Assembly: GCA_050246815.1 (NCBI GenBank)
Contig: JBFWVI010000008.1
Coordinates: 10,747 to 74,746, forward strand
Length of the DNA: 64,000 nt
Source: Bdellovibrionales bacterium
GTDB lineage: Bacteria > Bdellovibrionota > Bdellovibrionia > Bdellovibrionales > UBA1609
Reading direction: 5' to 3'
Every line of letters begins with the position of its first letter. Position 1 is the first letter of the stretch. The translations under genes and the position numbers were made by a program. This document shows, in pieces, positions 9,583-19,102 of this stretch. The notes under the pieces are model-generated. The model saw only the letters and a program-made list of their open reading frames with translations, did not search any database and was not told the DNA's origin.

Positions 9583-10050
9583 ATGGGCCAAGCGCTTGCT
9601 TTACCAGAACTTTTGAAACAATTGACGGCGACCCGAAAAGGTCGCCGCGTCGTTTTTACAAATGGCTGCTTCGATATTTTGCACGTGGGCCATGTGCGCT
9701 ACCTGCAAGAGGCCCGGGCGCTTGGCGATCTTTTGGTTTTGGGCTTGAACAGCGATGCCAGCGTGAAGAAGCTTAAAGGCGAAGCCCGGCCCGTACAAAA
9801 TGAAGCGGATCGCAGTGAAATTCTGGCCAGCCTTGGGTGCGTGGATTACGTGGTGATTTTTGGTGAGGAAACCCCGTTGGAATTGATCAAACAAGTTTCC
9901 CCCGACATTCTTGTGAAGGGTGGCGATTGGCCCATCGATAAAATTGTCGGAGCCAAAGAGATTTTGGCCAAAGGTGGTCAGGTCAAATCGCTCAAGTTTC
10001 ATCCCGGTCGCAGCACCACTTCGATCCTCGAAAAAATTCAGAAGCTTTAG
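9583..10050 (+). CDS. rfaE2: D-glycero-beta-D-manno-heptose 1-phosphate adenylyltransferase
   Basis: FTNGCFDILHVGH, GLNSDASV..LKG..RP, LVKGGDW and STT motifs. Confidence 0.92.
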   Translation: MGQALALPELLKQLTATRKGRRVVFTNGCFDILHVGHVRYLQEARALGDLLVLGLNSDASVKKLKGEARPVQNEADRSEILASLGCVDYVVIFGEETPLELIKQVSPDILVKGGDWPIDKIVGAKEILAKGGQVKSLKFHPGRSTTSILEKIQKL

Positions 10051-10069
10051 TCGAAACGTTGCCGCGCAC

Positions 10070-10206
10070 TTAAGTATTTTGGTGAGTGCGGCCATGACGT
10101 ATTGCAAATGTGACGATAATTCCCACAACGGCGCCAAGCTTGATGATCAAACGGTACTTAAGCCGACCGCCTCAAGAACCTTAGAATGCTTCAAAGTGTC
10201 AAACAT
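10070..10206 (-). pseudogene. Degraded DUF1640-like gene: head and anchor only, frameshifted
   Basis: RBS AAGGAG, ATG 10206: MFDTLKHSKVLEAVGLSTV*. Another frame gives KYRLIIKLGAVVGIIVTFAI. These match the N- and C-termini of 19103..19639. Confidence 0.7.
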
Positions 10207-10316
10207 CGCCAGTCTCCTTTTATGGTTGGTAACTGCAAATCGAAAATCGGATTCGCGATGCCCTAATTTGATAAGAGCAGGTTTATTTGCGCGGCTTTCG
10301 GAGGGTGTATCCGACT

Positions 10317-10871
10317 TCAGGCTTTCGTCTTTTGATCCGCATTGCGTTCAAAAATAAAAAATTCAAGATTTTGCTGCAGAACTTTGTCGAGTTTATTTAT
10401 TTTTCTTGAAAATTGGAAACCGGCTTTGCGCAGCACTTGGATGGACGCATGATTGTCCGGATCGGTCAGGGCGACAATTTGTTTTAGACCTAAGTTTTGA
10501 AAGCCATGCTCAATCAGTGCCTTCGCGATCTCTGTGGCGTATCCCTGGCCCCAGTATTTTTTCATGATCATAAAGCCGAGTTCTGGAAACTCGAATTCAG
10601 TTCGTATCAGCATGAACCAGCCGACGAATTCGTTTGAGTTTTCTAGCTCCGCCACCCAAATCCCAAGTGGCTCGCGGGAAGTCGCTTTTTCAATCGTACT
10701 TGTAAGTCGGGCTTCGGTTTGCGCCAAGGTCTGCGGCACTCGATAGCCTGTGAACTTGGTGATCAACGGGTCAGATTCAAGCTGATTCATCGAGCTCAAA
10801 TCGGATAGACGCGGGCGGCGAAGGTGAGTTCGTTTTGTATGAATGGAAGACTTTGCTGACGTTGTGTTCAA
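10317..10871 (-). CDS. GNAT (RimJ/RimL-like) N-acetyltransferase
   Basis: T.R..LR, ELGF....YWGQGYATE and N.AS..VL.K.GF motifs. Confidence 0.88.
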   Translation of the reverse strand: MNTTSAKSSIHTKRTHLRRPRLSDLSSMNQLESDPLITKFTGYRVPQTLAQTEARLTSTIEKATSREPLGIWVAELENSNEFVGWFMLIRTEFEFPELGFMIMKKYWGQGYATEIAKALIEHGFQNLGLKQIVALTDPDNHASIQVLRKAGFQFSRKINKLDKVLQQNLEFFIFERNADQKTKA

Positions 10872-11629
10872 AAACGCAAACCCACCCGAGCGCTGTAAGT
10901 CGTATCGGGATAACGATCGATCTGCGCTGCAGCGAAAAGATCTTCGAAGTGAATGGTCAAACCCAAATAATTGTGGGTTTGCGTGACGGTGTGGCTGACG
11001 GTGTTGGATGTACCCAACTGCGGATCTGAAGGGTCCACCGTGCCGTTGGTGTTGTTGCCGCCGATAAAGGTGCCGGTGGCGCGTAGTTGGCCGACTCCAA
11101 AGTAAAGCGAGAATTGATTCACGTAAATTCCCGCCACCAGGTCCGCGCCAAGGGCCGTGCTTTCAAAGTCATTGTTGATGTTGATATGATCCGCATGCAT
11201 CAGCAGCGCCATGTTCACCGGTAAAAACCGGGCTTCATAGAACGAGTAGCGAACCGCGCCACCGAAGCTGGTCATCTCGGAACCCGCCGTCATGGGTGCG
11301 GCATGCAGGAACAGGTCTAAATTGTTGTAAAGCCCTTTGCCGACGGTCAGGCGGGCGTAGCGCAATTCCTGGTCGCCATCAGGGGTACCGGCCCCCAGTT
11401 GGTTGAGTTCCTTGATGTCGATCAGCTCGAGTGATAACCCCACCTCAAAGCCACTGTAACCACCCAGCGGAAAGGGGTTGGTCAAAAGCTTTGTGCTGGT
11501 GGTCAGCCCCAGCATTTTGACCACCGCCACACGATCTTCTTTGCTGAGTTGTTTTGGGATCGTGACGGCAAAGGCGCGACCGCAAAAGAAAAAGAGTAAA
11601 TTGAAAATGACAACTAAGCGGCTTTTCAT
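10868..11629 (-). CDS. Putative outer-membrane beta-barrel protein
   Basis: Signal peptide, alternating beta-strand pattern, C-terminal Phe (GLRF). Confidence 0.6.
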   Translation of the reverse strand: MKSRLVVIFNLLFFFCGRAFAVTIPKQLSKEDRVAVVKMLGLTTSTKLLTNPFPLGGYSGFEVGLSLELIDIKELNQLGAGTPDGDQELRYARLTVGKGLYNNLDLFLHAAPMTAGSEMTSFGGAVRYSFYEARFLPVNMALLMHADHININNDFESTALGADLVAGIYVNQFSLYFGVGQLRATGTFIGGNNTNGTVDPSDPQLGTSNTVSHTVTQTHNYLGLTIHFEDLFAAAQIDRYPDTTYSARVGLRF

Positions 11630-11671
11630 GCTTTAGGCATGATAGCGAAGGGACGATTGCCGAGTCACTGA

Positions 11672-12928
11672 TTAAGAGGCGGCTTTGATCAGATCTTGCA
11701 GGCTGCGCAGTGTCTCACGGGCTTGCAGGGATTGTTCGCCACGAGAGGTCGAGAGCTCTTGCAGCACGGCCACGAAGCGGTTGTAGTGGCTGACGTAAGG
11801 ATTGCGTGTGCTGGCGCTACCATTGCCGGGGGTGGGACGATTGTATTTGGCGTTCAGATAGCGGCGGGCCGAGTCTTCTAACTGTTTGGTGGCCCAGATC
11901 ACCGCGAAAATATCGTCGCTTGAGCGCATCACGCTTTCCAGAACCCACAAGTAAGTCACTTGTTCGTAAATATTCAGCTCGGCTTCGGCGCGTTGACGAA
12001 TGCGTGAACCAAAGGCCTCGTGCTTAATCACATCCAGTAAAATATGATAGCTGTCGGGACTTGGGGTGCGGCCGGCGGCCAAAACACCCAATTCGCGCAT
12101 TTCGATGCGCGAATCTTGAAGCATCAAATTCACTAGAGTGTAAAACAAGGCTGAGCTGATCTGGCCGCTTTGAACGGCTTCAATTAGGCGAACTGTTTCC
12201 TTGAAGTTCGGTTTGTCGAGGATGCGTTTCTTCCACTCTTCCAATCCAGCCAGCGCGGCGTTCTTGTTGTTGTTCGTGGCCAATCCGCCGCCAAAGGTGG
12301 GGGTGGCGCTATTCGCGCCCAGGTCGTCGTTGTTTTTGTCTTCGTCATCTTCTTTTTGGTTTTCATCGTCGGCTTTTGCGACCGTTTCATCTTCTTCGCA
12401 ATCGGGGAGATCTTCTTCGCCTTCTTGTTTCTGACCTTCAGCGCCGGCGGCGCCTTGGTGGGCGAGAGCGGTGGGATCAACGGCTTGTGCGTGGAGGGCT
12501 TGAAGATGGGCTGGCATCTGACCTTGTGATTCACCGCTGCCATCTTTGGGTTTGCATTTCTTTTGTCCATCTTTCGACTTATCGGCGTCCTTTTTTGTGC
12601 CTTGAGCCACTTTGTTGGCAGCCGTGGCTTGACCGGCGTTGGAATCGAATTGGCCTTGAGTCGGCGGAATCATCAGTGCTTTTTGATACGCCGGGATTGT
12701 GCGAATTGCATTCACAGTGTTGTGAGCCATCAAGGGTTTTCCCGGAATAGCACGATCCCGCATCAACGGTTGAACACGGCCGCGCATCACACTGCGGCCG
12801 GCTTTGCCGATGCCTGCCAACTCACCAGTGGCAGGGGTGCCCACCCACGACAAGCGTTTGGCAATTTCAAACGCCCCGCCGATGGCAAGAGCGATGACAA
12901 ATAAGGATGTGGTGCCTAAGCGGCCCAT
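11672..12928 (-). CDS. Hypothetical membrane-anchored protein with acidic low-complexity linker and helical C-terminal domain
   Basis: 418-aa ORF; RBS AGGAG; sigma54-like promoter upstream. Confidence 0.7.
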   Translation of the reverse strand: MGRLGTTSLFVIALAIGGAFEIAKRLSWVGTPATGELAGIGKAGRSVMRGRVQPLMRDRAIPGKPLMAHNTVNAIRTIPAYQKALMIPPTQGQFDSNAGQATAANKVAQGTKKDADKSKDGQKKCKPKDGSGESQGQMPAHLQALHAQAVDPTALAHQGAAGAEGQKQEGEEDLPDCEEDETVAKADDENQKEDDEDKNNDDLGANSATPTFGGGLATNNNKNAALAGLEEWKKRILDKPNFKETVRLIEAVQSGQISSALFYTLVNLMLQDSRIEMRELGVLAAGRTPSPDSYHILLDVIKHEAFGSRIRQRAEAELNIYEQVTYLWVLESVMRSSDDIFAVIWATKQLEDSARRYLNAKYNRPTPGNGSASTRNPYVSHYNRFVAVLQELSTSRGEQSLQARETLRSLQDLIKAAS

Positions 12929-12955
12929 GAGTGGACTCCTTCCAATCTTCTGTAT

Positions 12956-12972
12956 CGCAGGAAGCGTGCCGG
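12956..12972 (-). promoter_or_regulatory. Putative sigma54 promoter with IHF-like site (12985-12997)
   Basis: Minus strand CGGCACG-cttc-CTGC (-24/-12); AATCAAagtcTTA matches the IHF consensus WATCAANNNNTTR. Confidence 0.55.
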
Positions 12973-13120
12973 GCGTGGCATGGCTAAGACTTTGATTTTA
13001 CTTTTGATTTACGTGGAGCCAAAAACCACCCAAAGGGGGAGTGTCCAGATGCAAGACACCTGGACAGGGCGTGAAAAAAACCCTACTCTTTTTCAATAGT
13101 TATGGCTGCTTGGGAGCAAC

Positions 13121-14044
13121 TTGATGAGTGACCAATTCGGCGCGCGCTTAAAAGCGGCTTCTGATGGCGATCAGAGGGCCTTGGCGCAGCTCTTATCGTG
13201 GGTGGAAAAGCAGGGCGCCCAGGCGCTTCGCTACCCTGAGCTGCTCAAAAGCGCTCGCCCGGCTTATCGAATTGGTATTACCGGTCCTCCCGGTGCGGGG
13301 AAGTCGACCCTTGTGGGCGGTCTAATCAAAGAGCTGCGTAAAAAAAATCTGCGCGTGGCGGTTTTGGCCGTTGATCCTTCAAGCCCCTTTTCACACGGAG
13401 CAATTCTAGGTGATCGAATTCGTTACAACGAGCACGTGTTGGATGACGGCGTTTTTATCCGCTCGTTGGGAACCAGGGGAAGCCTGGGCGGCCTAAGTGC
13501 TGCGGCTTACTTGATGTTGCGGGTTTTCGATGCCGTTGGTTTTGATGTGGTGCTGATCGAAACTGTAGGGGTCGGACAAACCGAACTTGAAATCATGAAT
13601 GTAGCCGACAGCGTGGTGGTGGTTTTGGTGCCTGAGTCCGGTGATTCCGTGCAAGCGATGAAGGCCGGCCTACTTGAGATCGCCGACATCTTCGTGGTCA
13701 ACAAGGCGGACCGCCCAGGCGCCGCCAGCATGGCCAAAGAACTGCAATTTATCGGCGAAATCGGACCCGAAAATCGACCTAAACCGAAAGTATTGATGAC
13801 GAATGCGCTAAGCTTCGAAGGGGTTTTGGATTTAAGCGTTGAGTTGCTTGGCCGTCTGGGTGATTTAAATTTGATCAAGCTGCGCGAGCAGGCTTTGCGT
13901 TTGCGCCACGAGGCGCGCGCTTTGCTGCGTGCGGAATGGGAAAATTCGATCGAGACGAAGCTGAAGTCCTTGAAAAAAAACAGTGATCTGGCCAAGGTTC
14001 TTGGTGCTAAAACAGCCCCAGTGAAGAAAAAGAAACGTAAATAA
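13121..14044 (+). CDS. meaB: Methylmalonyl-CoA mutase-associated GTPase MeaB/ArgK
   Basis: GITGPPGAGKST, AVDPSSP..GAILGDRIR, ETVGVGQ, MKAGLLEIAD and NKAD motifs. Confidence 0.92.
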   Translation: MMSDQFGARLKAASDGDQRALAQLLSWVEKQGAQALRYPELLKSARPAYRIGITGPPGAGKSTLVGGLIKELRKKNLRVAVLAVDPSSPFSHGAILGDRIRYNEHVLDDGVFIRSLGTRGSLGGLSAAAYLMLRVFDAVGFDVVLIETVGVGQTELEIMNVADSVVVVLVPESGDSVQAMKAGLLEIADIFVVNKADRPGAASMAKELQFIGEIGPENRPKPKVLMTNALSFEGVLDLSVELLGRLGDLNLIKLREQALRLRHEARALLRAEWENSIETKLKSLKKNSDLAKVLGAKTAPVKKKKRK

Positions 14045-14146
14045 AAACTCTTCGCGCGCAGAATGGTTCGGTCCCCGAGCTTTCGCCGTAGGGACCATGC
14101 CCGCAGCCGATGGCCTGCCCCCCGAATTCCCAAAACGATTCACCAT

Positions 14147-14174
14147 TCAACTAAAAGTCTAGTCGGGCCGATAC
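14147..14174 (+). promoter_or_regulatory. Putative sigma28 promoter
   Basis: TCAACTAA-N12-GCCGATAC directly before the 14179 ORF. Confidence 0.45.
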
Positions 14175-14178
14175 GTTT

Positions 14179-14511
14179 ATGACGCAATACGTTATGAAGG
14201 TAACAGGAATTGGCCCCACGCTGGGCCCTCAGTCTGTGGATGACGACGACGACCAGGAACTCGAGATCGCCGGTCTAGTCAACGAAACCTACGCCCCCGT
14301 CGACGAAACGGAGGCCGGCGCAGAGCCATCGGACGAGCAGCAAACTCGTGAGGGTTTGGCGCGTCTTTATGATTTTCTCAAGGCAAAACAAGAAAAGCGG
14401 ACGTCGGGTCATCTTAAAAACAGTAGGCTAGAGCGAGCCCTTGGTGCGTATCATAAAATTATTGAGTCCGATTTAGAGTTGCGCGGACAAAATCTAAAGC
14501 GACGCGGCTAA
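14179..14511 (+). CDS. Small hypothetical protein (start may be 14194)
   Basis: 110-aa ORF immediately upstream of the flagellin cluster. Confidence 0.6.
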   Translation: MTQYVMKVTGIGPTLGPQSVDDDDDQELEIAGLVNETYAPVDETEAGAEPSDEQQTREGLARLYDFLKAKQEKRTSGHLKNSRLERALGAYHKIIESDLELRGQNLKRRG

Positions 14512-14617
14512 CTTTTTAATATTTACTCAAGTCTATAAAATATCTTTTTATTTCAATAGTTTATAATTTTTTTCTGTGTCTCAATGTTGGAAAATAACGC
14601 AAAGCGACAGAATGTGC

Positions 14618-14644
14618 TTAAGTTATAACTCAATGCGTCGAAAA
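14618..14644 (+). promoter_or_regulatory. Putative sigma28 promoter of flagellin 1
   Basis: TTAAGTTA-N11-GTCGAAAA versus consensus TAAAGTTT-N11-GCCGATAA. Confidence 0.6.
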
Positions 14645-14749
14645 GTTATAGGACTGCTGAAACGGATCTTAAGTCTTGTGTCTGTGGGCACCGCTTGTGG
14701 TGACCGGTCTGGGGAGGCCGGTGAAACGCGCAAGCAGGAGGGTGCGTTT

Positions 14750-15577
14750 GTGTCATTTCGAATCAGTACCAACGTCGCGTCGTTAGCGGCGCAACGAAAT
14801 CTGGGAAACTCCCAAAGAGCCACTGAAAAAGCGCTACTGGCCCTTTCATCAGGGTCCAGGATCAACCGCGCCTCTGACGATGCCGCCGGCTTTGCCATTG
14901 CCGAAAGCTTGCGTGGGCAATTGAGTGGCGTGAAGCAAGCTAAGAAAAATGCCGACACAGCGACATCCTTTATTCAAACCGCCGAGGGCGGACTTTCTGA
15001 GCAGAACAATATTTTAATCCGCTTGCGCGAGCTGGCAGTTTACTCGGCCAGCGACACTGTCGGCGATGAAGAGCGCGGCTATTTGAACATGGAATTCCAG
15101 CAGCTATCGGCGGAATTTGATCGCATAGCGCGCTCAACGCGCTATGGGAATAAACAGCTGCTGACTGGTAACGGGGATGAACACACCTTTCAGATCGGCG
15201 CGTACCGAGGTGAAGAGAACGAAGTGAGTTTTAAACTCGACGCCAACACCACCGCGAGTGAGGTGGGTATTTCTGGTTTGTCGATCGACGATCAAGATAG
15301 TGCGACGGATGTTCTTGAAGACCTTGATGAGGGCTTGCAAAAGGTGGCCTCGGCTCGGGCCTCGTTCGGCGCTATGCAGTCGCGCTTGCAACACGCGTCT
15401 GATCACTTGGCGGTGCAGATTGAAAACGTCTCGGCCGCCCGATCGCAGATCGTGGACGCCGACATTGCCGAAGAAGCAGCTAATCTGGCGCAAAACCAGA
15501 TCATTCAAGACGCCGGCATCGCTGTCTTGGCTCAGGCCAACGTGAACACCTCTCGCGTAGCGCGGCTGATTCAGTAA
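14750..15577 (+). CDS. fliC: Flagellin (short, 275 aa)
   Basis: RBS AGGAGG, GTG 14750: MSFRISTNVASL...LSSGSRINRASDDAAG...RA.FGA.QSRL...S.I.DAD.A.E. Confidence 0.95.
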   Translation: MSFRISTNVASLAAQRNLGNSQRATEKALLALSSGSRINRASDDAAGFAIAESLRGQLSGVKQAKKNADTATSFIQTAEGGLSEQNNILIRLRELAVYSASDTVGDEERGYLNMEFQQLSAEFDRIARSTRYGNKQLLTGNGDEHTFQIGAYRGEENEVSFKLDANTTASEVGISGLSIDDQDSATDVLEDLDEGLQKVASARASFGAMQSRLQHASDHLAVQIENVSAARSQIVDADIAEEAANLAQNQIIQDAGIAVLAQANVNTSRVARLIQ

Positions 15578-15622
15578 CTAGACCTTCGTCTTGGTTTTTG
15601 TTTTAAGTGATGGGCGGGCTTG

Positions 15623-15650
15623 GGCGGTTCTTTGTAAGAACCGCCTTTTT
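15623..15650 (+). terminator. Intrinsic terminator after flagellin 1
   Basis: GGCGGTTCT...AGAACCGCC hairpin followed by TTTTT. Confidence 0.75.
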
Positions 15651-15782
15651 AATTTTAAAGCCCACAAGTTCAACATCTCCGGATTGATAACGCGCCAAGT
15701 TATAAAATAAATTTTATTCAATAAAGCCCATCCCTTTCAAGCACAAGATGTGTCGCGTCATAAACTGGACTAGACCAAGGTC

Positions 15783-15809
15783 TAAAGCTTCCTAGACCAA
15801 AGCCGAGAA
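15783..15809 (+). promoter_or_regulatory. Sigma28 promoter of flagellin 2
   Basis: TAAAGCTT-N11-GCCGAGAA, near consensus. Confidence 0.8.
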
Positions 15810-16044
15810 GTTAAGCGAACACGTTGGAGCACCTCGGGACTCATCCGTTTCAGCAGTCACTGTAAATGGATTAGAACCGAACCAAGTATCGTGAGGAGGG
15901 GCAGTCACCCCCTCTCGCGAGAACCTCCAGCAAAACATAATTAACCAAGACTCGGATGTCGCGGATGTGCGTCTTATAGCCGGTTGGCTGTGGGTCGACG
16001 CATGTTTTGATCCTCACGGTCGGGGAAAGAACGTTGGAGGTTCT

Positions 16045-16875
16045 ATGGGCTTAAGAATCAATACTAACGTTGCCTCAATCGGAGCGCAGCGGGTATTAAC
16101 GAAGCAGCAACAACGCTTGGAGCATTCGCAACAAGCATTGGCTTCAGGAACACGTATCGTTAAAGCAGCCGATGATGCTGCCGGCTTGGCCATCTCAGAA
16201 AACATCAAGGGCCAAATGGTCGGTATCAAAATGGCTCGTAACAACTCATACAACGCACAATCGTTGATTCAGGTCAGCGAGGGCGGATTGAACGAAATCA
16301 ACAACATCTTGATTCGTTTGCGCGAACTGGGTGTGCAAGCGGCCTCGGACACAGTCAGCGATGTTGAGCGTGAATTTTTGGATCAGGAAGCGCAGCAATT
16401 GCGTATGGAGTCGGATCGGATCGCGCGTTCGACACGTTTTGGTAACAAAACTTTGCTGGATGGTTCAGGCGAAGAGTTTGAATACCATGTCGGCCCATTT
16501 GCCGATGAAGATGAAAACGTCATTCGCTATCAAATCTCGGCTGATGCCACCAACAGCACCCTGGGCATCGATGGCGTCGGAGTGTCAGATAAAGACAGCG
16601 CTCGCGACACTTTAAGTTCGGTGGACGAAGCTTTAGTGAAAATCGGTAAAATGCGCGCCGACTTCGGTGCCGTGCAAAGTCGATTGCAGACCACCACGAG
16701 CAATTTGGACATTCAATACGAGAACTTGTCCGCCGCAAAATCACGTATTTCGGATGCCGACGTGGCTTACGAGTCTTCAGAGATGGCTTCGTCGCAAATA
16801 TTGCAAAGCGCTTCAGTGGCCGTGTTGGCGCAAGCCAATCAAAACGGCTCCTTCGCGCTGCGCTTGTTAAGCTAA
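16045..16875 (+). CDS. fliC: Flagellin (short, 276 aa)
   Basis: RBS GGAGG, ATG 16045: MGLRINTNVAS...ASG.RI.KAADDAAGLAISE; flagellin C-terminal motif. Confidence 0.95.
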   Translation: MGLRINTNVASIGAQRVLTKQQQRLEHSQQALASGTRIVKAADDAAGLAISENIKGQMVGIKMARNNSYNAQSLIQVSEGGLNEINNILIRLRELGVQAASDTVSDVEREFLDQEAQQLRMESDRIARSTRFGNKTLLDGSGEEFEYHVGPFADEDENVIRYQISADATNSTLGIDGVGVSDKDSARDTLSSVDEALVKIGKMRADFGAVQSRLQTTTSNLDIQYENLSAAKSRISDADVAYESSEMASSQILQSASVAVLAQANQNGSFALRLLS

Positions 16876-17037
16876 ATTATTTCATCAGTCTTGTGAGGCT
16901 CGGCCGCACCTTGTGCGGCCGGGACTAAATCAGCTTTTTTGAGGACTCAAGATGCGGTCCTCTGTATCGCGATGCAAATGTTTTTTAAACGTTTTGAGTT
17001 TTAGACAGGTAGCCCACAGCATCCTGTCTTAAGCCCG

Positions 17038-17073
17038 CCCTGGGGTCGCCCCACGAACCCCAGGGTTTTTTTT
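17038..17073 (+). terminator. Intrinsic terminator after the long 3' UTR of flagellin 2
   Basis: CCCTGGGG...CCCCAGGG hairpin plus T8. Confidence 0.75.
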
Positions 17074-17113
17074 AAGCGGCGTCGACACTTCCTCAACCTC
17101 TCTTTTAAGACTT

Positions 17114-17728
17114 TTATTTTTTAACGAAGGTGGCTTTTTTGGCGTCGTTGACGCGAACGAGTTCGTAGCTTTTGGAGTTGAGCACTTTGAGCGTGAATTT
17201 GTAGTTGCTGCTGGTGGTGCCCTCGCAGAAATTGTCTTTGCAGGTCATTTCAACGCCGCCGCCGCAGTTGATAAAAGTGACGCTGACGTTGCTTAGGACA
17301 CTGTTGTTGTAAGCGGTTTTGATTCTCTGGTCGCAGAAATAACGGGCATTGTCGGTGTATTCGCCGTCTTCAAGAACAACGGGGGGAGCGACACTCGTGC
17401 AGACCTGACCGGCCAATAAATCCGCGGTGCTGGCGATCATTTTTTTAAGGTCGCGGCAGACCACGTCGAAATCGCCATCGGCCCGGCGTTGCAACGATAG
17501 AATACCCGAGGGCTTTGAGGTCTTTTTGTTGGGGCAAACGTTGTTCAGTTCCAAATCCAGATCGGTCACGGTCTCACGATTGCCGTTGGTGCAAACCACG
17601 TCATAGGTGCCGTCGGCCTTTTGTTGCATCACCGCAACTTCATCGATCGAAAGAATATCAAAATCGGCTTGTGCCGCGACGGCAAAAAACAGAGCGGAGC
17701 TGAGCAGGCTATAAATAAAAAATCGCAT
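17114..17728 (-). CDS. Secreted Cys-containing hypothetical protein with internal duplication
   Basis: Sec signal ending AQA; QQKADGTYDVVC / QRRADGDFDVVC repeat. Confidence 0.7.
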   Translation of the reverse strand: MRFFIYSLLSSALFFAVAAQADFDILSIDEVAVMQQKADGTYDVVCTNGNRETVTDLDLELNNVCPNKKTSKPSGILSLQRRADGDFDVVCRDLKKMIASTADLLAGQVCTSVAPPVVLEDGEYTDNARYFCDQRIKTAYNNSVLSNVSVTFINCGGGVEMTCKDNFCEGTTSSNYKFTLKVLNSKSYELVRVNDAKKATFVKK

Positions 17729-17952
17729 ATTGAGTCCTTTGTTTGTTGAGCAACGTCAGTGTTGCGAACGTAGTCTTTTAAGGAAGCCGGTCGAAGTCAA
17801 AAAAACTGGTTCACTCAGGTGCCAAATCTGTTTGGCCCTGTTCGGGCAAGGCTTTCACTTGTTTTTGGTCTCAAATCGAGACGCCCTTAAAATGAGACGG
17901 CGGTATGGGTAAGACTTCATATTTGCCGGATGAAATATGACGAAAAGCACCT

Positions 17953-18966
17953 ATGGGCGAGAGAAAACTGAAGCTTGTCCCTCAAGGCGAAGAGGCAGCC
18001 GTCAAGGAATCTCATGCAATAGATAGTGAGTTCCTTGCGGTGCCTCCGGAACAGATTTTATCCCGTGCGCATGCGCTTTCGGATCTCTTCGTTCGCTTAA
18101 GCAGCGGCCGTCTGGTCAAGGTGGCCCACAAAGACGAAAAAATCGACCGCGAACGCATCGAAAGAATGGCCCACAAAAACGTCAATGAACTCTACGTCAT
18201 GCGCCACGATTTTTCAGGGGTGATTCAAAATCTGATTTTGCATATGCGAGAAAATGCCACGGCCCCCACAGACAACGACAAATCGATCAATGAGTATTTT
18301 CAGGTGGCCCAATCGGTTTTGACTGAAGTGTCCAAGCTGCCGATTAGCGACGAAGCGATCGGGCATGCCATCGAAGTCACGCAAGAGCTGGCCACGCGCC
18401 TCAACGAAGTGGACGATATTGCAAAGGGCCTTAAATTGATTTTAGGTCTTGGCGAAAAGCATTCACGACATGCAATGGGCTGTGTTGTGGTCTCCAATTG
18501 GCTGGCCCGTGCCATGCGCTGGAGTGCTCCTCGCGTCCTGCAGCCGTTGACCTTGGGCGCCTTCATGCATGATGTCGGCCTGAAGGAGCTGCCGGTCGAG
18601 CTGCTGAATAAAGAGCGTATGCATTATAGCGCTGAAGAAGTGGCGCTTTACGAAACACATCCCACGCGGGGCGTGATGATTTTGCGCAGCTTCAACGCCA
18701 TGCCGGCCGAAGTGCTGCAAATCGTGCAAGAGCACCACGAAATGCCCAATGGGCAAGGCTTTCCAAACCACATCCGCGGCGAGCGCATGTTCCCATTGGC
18801 CAAAATCGTGTCCTTTGCCAACCTGCTGTCTCACGAAATGCTCGATGCCTTTCTTGTGCATAAATCTTTCTCGGTCGAGGGGATGATTGAACGCATCGAC
18901 TTGATTTATAAGACCATGTACGGCAGCGAGATGCACAAAGCGGCCAAATCCATCTTCAAAAAATAG
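17953..18966 (+). CDS. HD-GYP family protein (degenerate)
   Basis: HDVG, HP..G and HHE..NGQGFP motifs; IVSFAN where IxxxAD is usual. Confidence 0.8.
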   Translation: MGERKLKLVPQGEEAAVKESHAIDSEFLAVPPEQILSRAHALSDLFVRLSSGRLVKVAHKDEKIDRERIERMAHKNVNELYVMRHDFSGVIQNLILHMRENATAPTDNDKSINEYFQVAQSVLTEVSKLPISDEAIGHAIEVTQELATRLNEVDDIAKGLKLILGLGEKHSRHAMGCVVVSNWLARAMRWSAPRVLQPLTLGAFMHDVGLKELPVELLNKERMHYSAEEVALYETHPTRGVMILRSFNAMPAEVLQIVQEHHEMPNGQGFPNHIRGERMFPLAKIVSFANLLSHEMLDAFLVHKSFSVEGMIERIDLIYKTMYGSEMHKAAKSIFKK

Positions 18967-19102
18967 GGATCAAATATTTTCTTTTTAAGGCCGCGTGTCG
19001 GCAACGCTCCGAGTGGCGGACGCCGTTATATTTCTTTTTCCATTCTATTGCAGTCAGATAAGGCTTTAGAATTGCATTTTTTCCTCCGCGTAGGAGGAAA
19101 AA

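Noticed and set aside
9601..10357. ORFs 9601..10137 (-) and 9920..10357 (+)
   Set aside because: They overlap rfaE2, the GNAT gene and the DUF1640 relic, and show no recognisable protein features.
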